From: Cyanobacteria bacterium P01_D01_bin.156
GTDB taxonomy: Bacteria > Cyanobacteriota > Cyanobacteriia > Phormidesmidales > Phormidesmidaceae
Length of the DNA stretch: 64,000 bases
Assembly (NCBI GenBank): GCA_039024555.1
Contig: JBCCQQ010000004.1
Coordinates: 125,419-189,418, forward strand
Direction: 5' to 3'
The translations under genes and the position numbers were made by a program. Every line of letters begins with the position of its first letter. Position 1 is the first letter of the stretch. The notes beneath the pieces were generated by a model. That model did not search any database and had not been told where the DNA came from. It worked only from the letters and a program-made list of their open reading frames with translations. Positions 31,448 through 41,357 of the stretch are shown piece after piece.

Positions 31448-33358
31448 ATGACTCTGCTGGCTTTACGGGATATCAATAAGGACTTTGGCATTAAAGAAAT
31501 TCTGCGGAATGCCAGCTTTAGTATCGAGGAAGGAGACCGGGTAGGGCTAATTGGCACTAATGGCTCGGGAAAGTCGACACTGCTGAAGATGATTGCAGGG
31601 CTGGAGCCCATTGATAGTGGCGACGTTTGGAAAAATGCCAGTAGTAAAATCGTTTATCTTCCCCAGCAGCCGAGCTTAGATGAAGAGCGTACAGTTTTAG
31701 AACAAGTTTTTGCCGATAGCGGCGACAGTATGGCTCTAGTGCGTGAATATGAGCTAATTTCGGCAAAGCTTGCAGATGCCACGGGTGATACCGATCAGCT
31801 AATGGTGATGCTATCGCGGGTGTCTCAGCAAATTGAGCAAGCCAATGCATGGGAACTAGAAACCCAGGCAAAGGTGGTACTGAGTAAGTTGGGAATTGAG
31901 GATTTTAACGCCAAGGTTGGCACACTTTCTGGCGGTTATCGGAAACGAGTTGCGATCGCAACCGCCCTACTGGCCGAACCGGACCTCATCCTCATGGATG
32001 AACCCACTAACCATTTGGATGCCCTGTCGGTAGAATGGCTCCAGGACTATTTAAGCCGCTATCGGGGGGCGCTGTTTCTAATCACCCACGATCGTTACTT
32101 TTTAGACCGCGTTACCAACCGTATTTTAGAAATTGATCGGGGTGACCTATATCCCTATAGCGGCAACTACAGCTACTACCTAGAGAAAAAAGCAGCTCAG
32201 GAAGATGCTGCTGTCAGCAGTCAGAAAAAGCATGCAGGGGTGCTTCGGCGCGAACTCAAGTGGCTGCAGCGGGGTGCTAAAGCCCGAAGTACAAAACAAA
32301 AAGCCCGCATTGACCGTATCCATGAAATGCAAGCGACCGAATTTAAACAAGCCCACGGCAATGTTGAAATTGCCACGGCGGGGCGGCGCATCGGGAAAAA
32401 GGTGATTGAGCTAGAGAACGTTACCAAAGGCTATGATGGCCGCACTCTAATTAAAGATTTTTCCTATTTATTTACCCCAGAAGACCGCATCGGCATTATT
32501 GGCCCCAACGGCATCGGTAAATCCACACTAATGAACATTATTACCGGGCGAGAACAACCAGACACAGGGACTGTAGAGATTGGCTCAACGATCCACATTG
32601 GCTATTTTGACCAGTATTCCGATGATGTCAATATCAATGAAAATCAACGGGTTATTGACTACCTCAAGGATGTTGCAGAGCTCGTCACCACGGCTGATGG
32701 CACCGTGATTACGGCATCTAAAATGCTAGAGCGGTTCCTGTTTCCTCCAGATCAGCAGTATGCCCCCATTCATAAACTATCTGGGGGAGAACGTCGCCGA
32801 TTATTCCTGTTGCGAGTTTTAATGCAGGCTCCCAATGTACTCATTTTAGACGAGCCCACCAACGATCTAGATGTGCAAACCTTATCAATTTTAGAAGAGT
32901 ATTTAGAAGACTTTAACGGCTGTGTCATTGTGGTTTCTCACGATCGCTACTTTCTAGACCGTGTGGTAGACACTGTATTTTCATTTGAAGGGTTAGGCAA
33001 CCTGAAGCAATATCCGGGAAACTATTCTGTTTACTTAGAACATAAAGAAAAAGCTGAGCAAGCAGACAAACTAAAGCAGGAAGCTGAGGTAAAAACAACC
33101 GAAAAGAAACAATCTACCAAGTCTAACTCCAGGTCCAAAAAGGCATCTTACAAAGAAAAGCGTGAGTATACTTCTCTAGAAGAGAAAATTCCAGCGTTAG
33201 AAATGGAAAAAGAAACCCTAGAGAAACAACTGTACATCGATCCGCCAAACAACTATAACGACATGCAAACGCTGTCCCAACGGTTAGCAGATTTAACGAC
33301 AGAAATTGATACGGCAACAGAACGGTGGATGGAATTGGCAGAACTCTTGGAAAACTAG
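31448..33358 (+). CDS. ABC-F family ATP-binding protein (Uup-like)
   Basis: Two ABC domains (GTNGSGKS/LSGG/DEPTNHLD; GPNGIGKS/LSGGE/DEPTNDLD), no TM, C-terminal coiled coil. Confidence 0.95.
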   Translation: MTLLALRDINKDFGIKEILRNASFSIEEGDRVGLIGTNGSGKSTLLKMIAGLEPIDSGDVWKNASSKIVYLPQQPSLDEERTVLEQVFADSGDSMALVREYELISAKLADATGDTDQLMVMLSRVSQQIEQANAWELETQAKVVLSKLGIEDFNAKVGTLSGGYRKRVAIATALLAEPDLILMDEPTNHLDALSVEWLQDYLSRYRGALFLITHDRYFLDRVTNRILEIDRGDLYPYSGNYSYYLEKKAAQEDAAVSSQKKHAGVLRRELKWLQRGAKARSTKQKARIDRIHEMQATEFKQAHGNVEIATAGRRIGKKVIELENVTKGYDGRTLIKDFSYLFTPEDRIGIIGPNGIGKSTLMNIITGREQPDTGTVEIGSTIHIGYFDQYSDDVNINENQRVIDYLKDVAELVTTADGTVITASKMLERFLFPPDQQYAPIHKLSGGERRRLFLLRVLMQAPNVLILDEPTNDLDVQTLSILEEYLEDFNGCVIVVSHDRYFLDRVVDTVFSFEGLGNLKQYPGNYSVYLEHKEKAEQADKLKQEAEVKTTEKKQSTKSNSRSKKASYKEKREYTSLEEKIPALEMEKETLEKQLYIDPPNNYNDMQTLSQRLADLTTEIDTATERWMELAELLEN

Positions 33359-33786
33359 CAAAAGCCATAGTCATTGATAATGTCTTGCTGTTTGAGAGTT
33401 TCCAGAAAAGTTGTTGTTATAGGATCATTGAAGGCAGCGCAGTTGAATGTATCGTAGGTTGCGATCGCAACTTTATCACCGATTTCAAGCTCCAAATGCA
33501 TAATGTTGCAATCAAGCTGTTCTTCATCCGTTAAAACGTTCACCAGAGATTCTACAGAACTTCGCTCCACAGATAACAGATAGCCAGTACCTGCAAGCTG
33601 GCTATTGCTACCAGCAAACGGGGACGCTGAAAGCTTTAGTTGAACAGCTGAAAGCTGACTCAAGTCATACTCATCGACTAACCACAGCGCCAGACGAATC
33701 GGCTCGTTAGCAAACCCGACTGTAATAGCTCTCAGTAAATCTCCGATACAGTCTGCATAGATATCAATAAAGCCTTGATAAGCCAT
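33355..33786 (-). CDS. Hypothetical protein
   Basis: 143-aa ORF, start overlaps the stop of the upstream gene. Confidence 0.6.
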   Translation of the reverse strand: MAYQGFIDIYADCIGDLLRAITVGFANEPIRLALWLVDEYDLSQLSAVQLKLSASPFAGSNSQLAGTGYLLSVERSSVESLVNVLTDEEQLDCNIMHLELEIGDKVAIATYDTFNCAAFNDPITTTFLETLKQQDIINDYGFC

Positions 33787-34070
33787 TACTGTTTTCTTAG
33801 AAAGTCGACTTCAGGCACCAGCGGATCGTTGACTACACCCACGCCATCATAGCCCCAGCGGTCCATCATTTGCTTGAGCTGCTGGCCACTAATGGGCTCC
33901 ACAGCAAAACGGTCTGCAACTTCAGCAGCATGCCGATTCACGTAGCTAAGGGCCTCATAGTCAGCATTAAACAGCATTAAAAATCCCTTTGACTCTTGAT
34001 TTCGGGGTTTTGCAGCTAAATATTGTCCATCGTGAGTAGAGCGGAGTAGATAGTAAGATTTACTGAACAT
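33786..34070 (-). CDS. Conserved cyanobacterial hypothetical protein
   Basis: YYLLRS..DGQYL, ALSYVNRHA, RWGYDGVGVVNDPL. Confidence 0.8.
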   Translation of the reverse strand: MFSKSYYLLRSTHDGQYLAAKPRNQESKGFLMLFNADYEALSYVNRHAAEVADRFAVEPISGQQLKQMMDRWGYDGVGVVNDPLVPEVDFLRKQ

Positions 34071-34219
34071 AAAGTCTGTATGGCTTTATCTCCTACGCTA
34101 AAAGATAAGTATCAAATGGATGAAGTTTTTGTTGTGAAGCTTAATCCATATCAGTAATTTGCGTTCAAGCTGTTGATACAGTAACCAGCTAATTAAATCG
34201 ATATGCCCCAGTTTTAGAA

Positions 34220-34573
34220 ATGTTTAAAGTCCCTAAACCCAAAAGAATAAAACTCTTGTCAGGAACACGATTAATCATGCGTATCAACATTATTATCCTG
34301 ATGGGCATCTATTGTGCCTTTTTTTTATACGATCAGTCCGTTGGAGGAACTGTTTATATATTTAGGGAAGCCCTTCCTTCAGCTTATGGAGCCTTGGTTT
34401 TATTGCTCTACTATGGAATTAACTGGATAACACTATGGCAGTTGTTATATGTTATTCCACTTTTTATATGGCTACATTATTCAAGACGTAAAACCATGGC
34501 TAAAGGTGTTATTGTAGGCGAATTTTTAGTAAGCTTAGTCTCGGTTTTAGTCTTTATTTCTTTGGCTCTTTAA
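34220..34573 (+). CDS. Hypothetical membrane protein
   Basis: Three to four hydrophobic segments, AT-rich. Confidence 0.55.
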   Translation: MFKVPKPKRIKLLSGTRLIMRINIIILMGIYCAFFLYDQSVGGTVYIFREALPSAYGALVLLLYYGINWITLWQLLYVIPLFIWLHYSRRKTMAKGVIVGEFLVSLVSVLVFISLAL

Positions 34574-34718
34574 TTCTTTAGAGACTTCGAGAAATAATAG
34601 CCGTAGCATTTGTTAGATTCGTATTATCAACAATTGAAGGCCAAGCTACATCGTCCCAACCTGAGTCAATTCACAGACATAATGGCATAGTGAATCCAGT
34701 TACTATCGCAAGTCACAA

Positions 34719-35070
34719 TTAGCTCCATAGCCAGGTAAGAAAATACTTCCTGCAATTGTTGATACAGCTTTCCACGCATGGAACCCACTGTATGGGAATC
34801 GGCAACACAAAGAGCACCAACAATATGACCAATGCTGGATCAGCGTAAGGCCAGGGATTTTCCCAAGCAATCTGCTGTAAAAACAAGAGCAAATGTACAA
34901 GAATCAGATACCCTGAAGACGCTGAGATCGCATACCAAATTGCCACTCTTGACTCAATCGGTCGCCCCCCCCTGCCAAATCACTCTACCGAAGAAAACGA
35001 TGCAAATAGGGCACCAGAGCAATTACCAGCCCATTGTCCAGACTAAGTAACGGATCAAATATCGCGTAAA
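34719..35070 (-). pseudogene. Decayed fragment of a CDF-like cation transporter
   Basis: YAIFDPLLSLDNGLVIALV / frameshift / ALFASFSSVE*FGRGGRPIESRVAIWYAI...PYADPALVILLVLFVLPIP; in-frame TGA at 34982-34980. Confidence 0.6.
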
Positions 35071-35153
35071 TAAAAGTGGGAACTCCTTATCTTCCGGCAG
35101 ATGCAACAGACGAACCACCCGCATGGAACATCGACAGTTATCCCAATACATCC

Positions 35154-35558
35154 CTAATATCGACCGTTAAACTCACGGAATACATACATGTTAATCGCTG
35201 CCACCACAAAGCAGATAATGAAGATAAGCACACGGACACCGTAAATAGGCTCACTCATCAGCTGACCATTAGCAAAAATGGGAGTGAAAGAAGGCTCTAT
35301 CTTTGCCATTATAAATCCGGCAACAAACGCTGTAATGGTAGACGTTGCCTGAGATAGATTTTTAAGCTCATTACTGGTGTTGGGAGCTACTAAAAATCCC
35401 ACTAGCCAACCACTAGCCCAACCAGCTACAGCAATCAGAATGGTTTGGGAAACCCCTGGATCAGCCAATTCACCATGAACTCGATTCGCCAACCAAATAA
35501 CAATACCAAAGACAATGAATCCAACTAATAAACCACTGTAGGAGCGAAGGGGTTGCAT
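35154..35558 (-). CDS. Hypothetical membrane protein (about 4 TM)
   Basis: 134-aa hydrophobic ORF starting 3 nt after the permease stop. Confidence 0.7.
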   Translation of the reverse strand: MQPLRSYSGLLVGFIVFGIVIWLANRVHGELADPGVSQTILIAVAGWASGWLVGFLVAPNTSNELKNLSQATSTITAFVAGFIMAKIEPSFTPIFANGQLMSEPIYGVRVLIFIICFVVAAINMYVFREFNGRY

Positions 35559-35561
35559 AGC

Positions 35562-36617
35562 TTAATTCATCTTCGTAAGCTTAATGCGTGGATCCACGAA
35601 GGACAATGCCAGATCAGCGAGTAAGTTACCGAGAATCAACATCGTCCCGCCCATCATTAGACTGGCCATAATCAGATACAGGTCCTGGGACTGAACTGCC
35701 TGTAGGGTTAACTGCCCTAATCCAGGCCAGCCGAAAAAGTATTCAGTAATAAACGCACCACTTAGCAAACTGGCAAATTCAAACCCTAGTAATGTAATTA
35801 GAGGATTAACGGCATTACGTAAAGCATGGGTATAAATAACCCGATTTTCTGGCAACCCTTTAGCACGAGCTGTACGAATATAGTCCTGTCGCAACACATC
35901 TAACATTTGACCCCGCATCAGTCTCTGCAATCCAGCAAAACTGGTAATACTTAGGGCTAATGTAGGCAGAATCATATGCCAACCCACATCAAGTATTTGT
36001 CCTATCCAATTAAGATCATCATGATTAATACTTGTTCGCCCACCAACTGGAAAAAGTGGCGTAGTGAGTTGCGCAAAAAATAGCAGCAACAGGCCCGTAA
36101 TCAAAGCTGGAAATCCTTGACCGATATAACTTAGAACTCGCAAACAGCGATCCGCAAACTTGTTGTGGTTAACCGCGCTAATAATCCCTAAAGGAATACC
36201 AATAGCCCAAGTCAAGATAATTGAAGCAATAGACAGTAACAACGTATTAGGAACACGCTCCGCTAAGATTTCCAATGCCGGACGGTTATAAGCGAAACTC
36301 TCACCAAAGTTGAAACGAGTCACTACTTGATAAAGCCATTGAAAATACTGTTGCCAAATGGGTTTATCAAGCCCAAATTGTTCTTCAAATTGTTGAATTG
36401 TTTCAGGAGAAATTTGAGGGTTCTGCCGGGCAGCATCCAGAAAGTCACCAGGTGCCAGCTGAATCACAAAAAAGCTGAAAGCAGATGCCAGTAGTAGCGT
36501 CAACAGTGCCTGCAGAGTACGCTTCAACACATATAGCGTAGTTTCACTGGTCAAAACCATCTGCACTACCTGCAGAGGAGAACGAGACTTAGATGGGGTG
36601 GGAGACTCCGCAGTCAT
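35562..36617 (-). CDS. Peptide/nickel ABC transporter permease (DppB/OppB type)
   Basis: QLAPGD, FGLDKP, DYIRTARAKGL, HALRNA, FGWPGLG; start set at ATG 36617. Confidence 0.93.
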   Translation of the reverse strand: MTAESPTPSKSRSPLQVVQMVLTSETTLYVLKRTLQALLTLLLASAFSFFVIQLAPGDFLDAARQNPQISPETIQQFEEQFGLDKPIWQQYFQWLYQVVTRFNFGESFAYNRPALEILAERVPNTLLLSIASIILTWAIGIPLGIISAVNHNKFADRCLRVLSYIGQGFPALITGLLLLFFAQLTTPLFPVGGRTSINHDDLNWIGQILDVGWHMILPTLALSITSFAGLQRLMRGQMLDVLRQDYIRTARAKGLPENRVIYTHALRNAVNPLITLLGFEFASLLSGAFITEYFFGWPGLGQLTLQAVQSQDLYLIMASLMMGGTMLILGNLLADLALSFVDPRIKLTKMN

Positions 36618-36690
36618 AATTGGCAAACCGTTAGGACAGGCACAAAATTCCATAAGAGCATACAGCTGTACACTCTCACACGAGGGTAAC

Positions 36691-37218
36691 TTAGTATGAC
36701 AAAAGCGTGGTTACAGGAACACCATCGGGTAACTTTTGACGACCGTTTAAGTCACTGAGTTCAATTACAAAGCTAAATCCTGCAATGGTTGCTCCAGCCT
36801 TCTGAACCAATTTTGCAGTCGCTGCGGCTGTCCCACCTGTCGCTAGCAAGTCATCTACAATCAGAGGGCGATGGTGAGGAGCAAGCGCATCTTGGTGTAT
36901 TTCCAAACTGTCTTGACCATATTCTAGGTCGTAAGATATCTGGTAAACAGCTGCGGGAAGCTTGCCAGGCTTACGCACAGGTACAAAGCTTAAACCCAGC
37001 TGATATGCCAGAGGCATACCAAAAATGAAGCCTCGAGATTCAATACCAACAATACAGTCTGGCTTATAGTCCAAGGCCTGTTCTGCCATCAGGTCAATGC
37101 TAGCCTTAAGTCCCTTAGCATCTTGCAGCAGGGTAGTAATATCTCGAAAAAGGATACCAGGTTTAGGAAAGTTTGGTATTTCACGAATTAACGCCTGGAT
37201 ATCTGCAGTAGATTTCAC
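36691..37218 (-). CDS. apt: Adenine phosphoribosyltransferase
   Basis: [37 protein letters not shown]. Confidence 0.97.
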   Translation of the reverse strand: MKSTADIQALIREIPNFPKPGILFRDITTLLQDAKGLKASIDLMAEQALDYKPDCIVGIESRGFIFGMPLAYQLGLSFVPVRKPGKLPAAVYQISYDLEYGQDSLEIHQDALAPHHRPLIVDDLLATGGTAAATAKLVQKAGATIAGFSFVIELSDLNGRQKLPDGVPVTTLLSY

Positions 37219-38034
37219 AATTAGGGCGGATACAGGATGGCCCTATTTTAACTGCTGATGACTATTGTTGATTAGAGAGCGTCGCTGATTCACCGGCTAC
37301 TACCACTAATGCGGCGTTCGGGCAGGCCTTGGCGAATCAGAACGGAATCATTGCCAGAATTGTAAAGAGTGATAAGGCCTCTATCTGATTGATAAAAATG
37401 AGAGCCGTCTGAAGCAATAGCAATATCCGCTGTAGCAATAGGCAATAAAGTAATGGCCGTCAGATAGATGAATTTCATAGGAACTTTTGTGTCCACAGTG
37501 GACTAGATAGATACATACCCCTCTAAAAAGGGTTCCCTTAATAACCTGAAATATGGCGTTCTATCCCTGTGATACCGATCACCGTCAGGATCTTTCTACC
37601 CTAACTACTTAATCTTTTTACTTCCTTTGAAAACGGCTGAAATATCAGTGACGCCACGGACTTGGGAGCAGCAGTAGCAGAGCACTCTACTCAGCAAAAT
37701 GGCTGTAAACATAGGCCATAACCACTCGTATTGTGAGACAAATTACATCAGCTAAGTTGTGCCTTTATCAGAACATAGTCATTGAGATCGTGGCCAACAA
37801 ATATCTCAGCATATTAACCGAAAGTATTTACCCTCTTCTACGTACTAAAACTGAGGAAATCCTATCAAGATTGCAGCGTCCTCAAGTGCTTATTAAGTAT
37901 CGATCTACTCACAATGATCGTCATCACTCTTGCTCAGATAAGACCATCCTAAAAATCAACAACGCCTTCTCAATTATGTGCTGTATCATGTTTCACGACC
38001 TCTTATCCTGTTAAATAAGAGGCTATTTTCCTTG

Positions 38035-38979
38035 ATGCTTGTGAATGACATGCCCCAGCCGCATACTGAAATTTCTACCAAGCGTCGGTGCACAGTCACC
38101 GTATCAGCCCAGGCTTGGCATGGTTCTAAAGCTGCGGCACAGGCAGTGGGATGTGGCAGTATTTCTGAATTGCTAGAAAAATTAGGAAATGGTGAGCTGG
38201 CAGTAGTCTTAGCTGACGAAGTTGGCCTCCCCCTAATGCAAGAGTTGGGAGAACCAGCCGAGGAAACTCAGCTCAAAACAGCTTATCAAACCTGGCCGGT
38301 TGATGATTCAGATAACCATTCTGAAAAAGCAGCCGTGACTCAGCAATCTTCTCTAGAAGCAATGTCACTGCTGCCCAAGATTTCCCTGGGCAGACTACCC
38401 AAACTCATGCTGACAGCGACTTGCGCATCGCTAATTTTGCTGCCCATCCTCTATGTATTAGATTTGCGCTTATCAGAATCTTCTAAAGTCTCTTTAGATT
38501 TAGAACTGGCTAGTACTTTAACAACTGGAGATACAGTAGCAGGCTATCCAGTCACTGACCACATGCGAATCCGCCCAGTCCATCCGGTAACAGGTGCTGT
38601 TAACGTCCCTCACAACGGTGTGGATGTGGCCACGCCTTCTGGGACCCCAGTCTATGCAGTGGGGGTTACGGGTGATCAAGTAACCGTAGAGTGTTGGTGG
38701 GATGTGGACGGGGGGGGCTGGGTAGCCGACCAAACAACAGAATCTTACCCACAGCTTGTCTTTCAGTCTCTTCACCTATTAGAGAACGAATGTCGCTCAG
38801 GCAAATTCCAAAGTGGCGATGTTATTGCCCTTACCGGTAATAGCGGCTTGGGCTCAGGAGAACATTATGATTTTCGAATAAAACAGGATGGCCGCTACAT
38901 TGATCCACCGAAAGATTTTTTGGAAGCAGCTTTAACCGGTAAAACACTGTCTAAAGATGGCCAGCTATCTGGCGGATAG
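38035..38979 (+). CDS. M23 peptidase-like protein with N-terminal RHH-like segment and one TM
   Basis: HNGVD, ATPSGTPVYA, TGNSGLGSGEHYDF; TM LMLTATCASLILLPILYVL; start uncertain (37978/38035/38050). Confidence 0.78.
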   Translation: MLVNDMPQPHTEISTKRRCTVTVSAQAWHGSKAAAQAVGCGSISELLEKLGNGELAVVLADEVGLPLMQELGEPAEETQLKTAYQTWPVDDSDNHSEKAAVTQQSSLEAMSLLPKISLGRLPKLMLTATCASLILLPILYVLDLRLSESSKVSLDLELASTLTTGDTVAGYPVTDHMRIRPVHPVTGAVNVPHNGVDVATPSGTPVYAVGVTGDQVTVECWWDVDGGGWVADQTTESYPQLVFQSLHLLENECRSGKFQSGDVIALTGNSGLGSGEHYDFRIKQDGRYIDPPKDFLEAALTGKTLSKDGQLSGG

Positions 38980-39006
38980 ATAGCGAGACCAGATGACTGC
39001 TGACGG

Positions 39007-39495
39007 CTACTGTAAAGGCTGAGCCGGACTACATACAGTAGACCAAAATTCTACGTCCGTCTGCGAATCAAGCACACCTGTAAGCTGACTTCGATAACCA
39101 GTAAGCCGCTCACGTTCTAGACCTTCGGCATAGGGAATTAGCTCATCAACAGTAGTAACAGCACAGACCCAGTCTTTGCTCTGGGCAGCGCGGTTTAACC
39201 GAGCCTGCAGAATATCTACCTCGGACTGAAGGGCAGCAAGGCGATTGCGCTCAATGTAGTACTCCATGTTCGAGATTGCATTGAGTGCATAGACATCATT
39301 GGGGCGCTCTTCCAAAGCACGGCGAAAGTTAATGAGAGCTGTTTGATAATCAAACTGGTTGCTGTAGGCATAGCCTAGGTTCATAGCTTGCGTATAGGCA
39401 TCCTCGTCAGGCTTAGAAGGCTCTGCCTGGGCAACCACACCCGATAAGAGTATCGCTAAGCCTAAGGATAAACTCCATAACCACTGCTTTGTCAT
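39007..39495 (-). CDS. Secreted TPR-containing protein
   Basis: Signal peptide (VVAQA-EP), YTQAMNLGY...DYQTALINFRRALEERPND. Confidence 0.8.
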   Translation of the reverse strand: MTKQWLWSLSLGLAILLSGVVAQAEPSKPDEDAYTQAMNLGYAYSNQFDYQTALINFRRALEERPNDVYALNAISNMEYYIERNRLAALQSEVDILQARLNRAAQSKDWVCAVTTVDELIPYAEGLERERLTGYRSQLTGVLDSQTDVEFWSTVCSPAQPLQ

Positions 39496-39681
39496 GGACT
39501 CGGTGACCTCAATAATTTTCGATATTGTTACCACAAATTGCTGATAATTGGTCAGCCAGCAATTGCCGCACTGAGCGATAGAAAACTGTTAACAAAGGCT
39601 ACCCTGCATGCAAGTCAATATTTCTTGATACTTTGCATCACTCAGTAGGAGGCGTCAAGCTTGCCAAACACTCTTATAGTT

Positions 39682-39707
39682 GTTACATTTGTTTACATTA
39701 ATATAAT
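39682..39707 (+). promoter_or_regulatory. RpaB-binding HLR1 direct repeat abutting a TATAAT -10 box
   Basis: GTTACATT-TG-TTTACATT (39682-39699), then TATAAT at 39702-39707. Confidence 0.7.
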
Positions 39708-39793
39708 TTAATAACTCTCGTTTGGGTTATTGAGTTTGGGCCATCAAGGGTCATTGGTTTCAGAAGATTATGATTATCATGCTGACCGATTAA

Positions 39794-40333
39794 ATGTCGA
39801 GGAAGTATCTGGAAGTATCTGTGGAAGCATCTCAATTAATTAAGCGTTATGCCCTTGGCCAGCGTCAATTTGAGCGAGCCGACTTACGGGAGGCCCAGTT
39901 ATCTGAGGTGAACTTAAGGGGATTACACCTGAGCTATGGTGATTTGACCTGGGCAAATTTGAGTCAAGCTGACCTGGCGGAAACTGTACTCGTAGGTGCC
40001 ATGCTCTGGCGTGCTCACTTAAGCTGGGTAAATTTTCAGCAGGCAGATCTGCGTCGAGCCTTGGTGCTAAACAGCTCCTTAGCTTTTGCAAATCTGCAGG
40101 ATGCTAACCTGCAGCAGGCAGACCTCCGCCTAAGTGATTTACGACAGGCAAATCTGCAGAGGGCGAACCTGCAGGGGGCAAAGCTTTGTTATGCCGATCT
40201 TAGTGGTGCCGACATGTCTAATGCTGATCTAAGCGGTGCTGACTTAACGGGTGCCATTACGCATGGCGTCAATTGGCAAGGGGCTCAGTTAACAGGCGCG
40301 ATCTCGGCTCCAGATCTCCCTGTTCTCGTTTAG
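39794..40333 (+). CDS. Pentapeptide repeat protein
   Basis: RYALGQRQF N-cap and A(D/N)Lxx repeats. Confidence 0.95.
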   Translation: MSRKYLEVSVEASQLIKRYALGQRQFERADLREAQLSEVNLRGLHLSYGDLTWANLSQADLAETVLVGAMLWRAHLSWVNFQQADLRRALVLNSSLAFANLQDANLQQADLRLSDLRQANLQRANLQGAKLCYADLSGADMSNADLSGADLTGAITHGVNWQGAQLTGAISAPDLPVLV

Positions 40334-40377
40334 TCTAGCTATCAACTGTCGAACCTAAATCTAGCATTTCGGTCAGA

Positions 40378-41178
40378 TCATGTATCCTGGACAGCGTGTA
40401 CATGGTCATGGTTCCAAAAGCGCATTTGGGTAATGCTGGGGTCAGCAACCAACGCTGCTGTATAGCCCTCACAAGGAGAAAATGTTTGTAGCTGCCAGGG
40501 TGGTCCCGAGACGTTGATGATAGGGGCAGGTTCCAGGATTATTTCGATGGCGGCCAAAGATTCGCTGATCCCCTGGCCAGTGGCTTTTAGATATGCTTCT
40601 TTGCAGGTCCAGTATTCAAGAAATTTGGCGCTTTTTGATGCCGCTGATGTTTGAGCTAAAAGGCACTGTTCTGACGGGGCCAAACAGCGTTTGATGAGTC
40701 CATCCAAGCGCTCCATCGGTTTTAGCTGTTCAATATCTACGCCAAGGGCATATTGAGCCACTCCACATAGGGCATATTCCCCAGAATGGGAGAGATTAAA
40801 ATTGATGCCGCGCTCATTTGTCTGAAGGAATGGTTTACCGCGAGTGCCGTATTCAAAAGCAATGTCTTTTGGATGTGTTTGAATGTAATAGCTCAAAATT
40901 TGACGCAGACTGCTACGCGCCACTGCAAATTTTCGCTGATCTTTTTCAAAACGATAGCGGCGCATCCTCGCCAGCTCGTCCTCAGATAACCATTCAGTAG
41001 TGGGGAATCGATCTAAGGGGATACGCCAAAGGTCAACAGTGACCGTGTCAGAGGTGAAGTAAACGTCAGCTGTGGGAGACTGCCAATGAGGATGCCTAGG
41101 ACGACGTATCGTATGTGGGGACTGGTCCATGGCATGACTGTCGGAAGACTGCAATGATTGTATGGGTACTTGGCGCAC
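40378..41178 (-). CDS. Sfp/HetI-type 4'-phosphopantetheinyl transferase
   Basis: GKP, FNLSHS, LGVDIE, WTCKEAYLKATG; true start may be 41130. Confidence 0.93.
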   Translation of the reverse strand: MRQVPIQSLQSSDSHAMDQSPHTIRRPRHPHWQSPTADVYFTSDTVTVDLWRIPLDRFPTTEWLSEDELARMRRYRFEKDQRKFAVARSSLRQILSYYIQTHPKDIAFEYGTRGKPFLQTNERGINFNLSHSGEYALCGVAQYALGVDIEQLKPMERLDGLIKRCLAPSEQCLLAQTSAASKSAKFLEYWTCKEAYLKATGQGISESLAAIEIILEPAPIINVSGPPWQLQTFSPCEGYTAALVADPSITQMRFWNHDHVHAVQDT

Positions 41179-41357
41179 TTTACTTTAACCGTGCAGCAGC
41201 CATTTGCCATGGGTCTACAGGCTAAAGGATGTAGGCAGGCTCTTTTAGTTAAATCGGAATCTGGGCGACGAAGACAAAATCAGTAGCGCATTCCTTACTA
41301 GATAATGGTTATTAGAAACCTCCTTGGGGTTAGTTGCATCGTGATAATTAACGTTGA

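Noticed and set aside
37290..37496. Short ORF with signal-peptide-like start (MKFIYLTAITLLPIATA...)
   Set aside because: May be a gene remnant, but I cannot assign a family or support expression
40378..41178. PPTase as a marker of an NRPS/PKS cluster
   Set aside because: No carrier-protein or synthase genes in the window; stand-alone Sfp-type PPTases are routine
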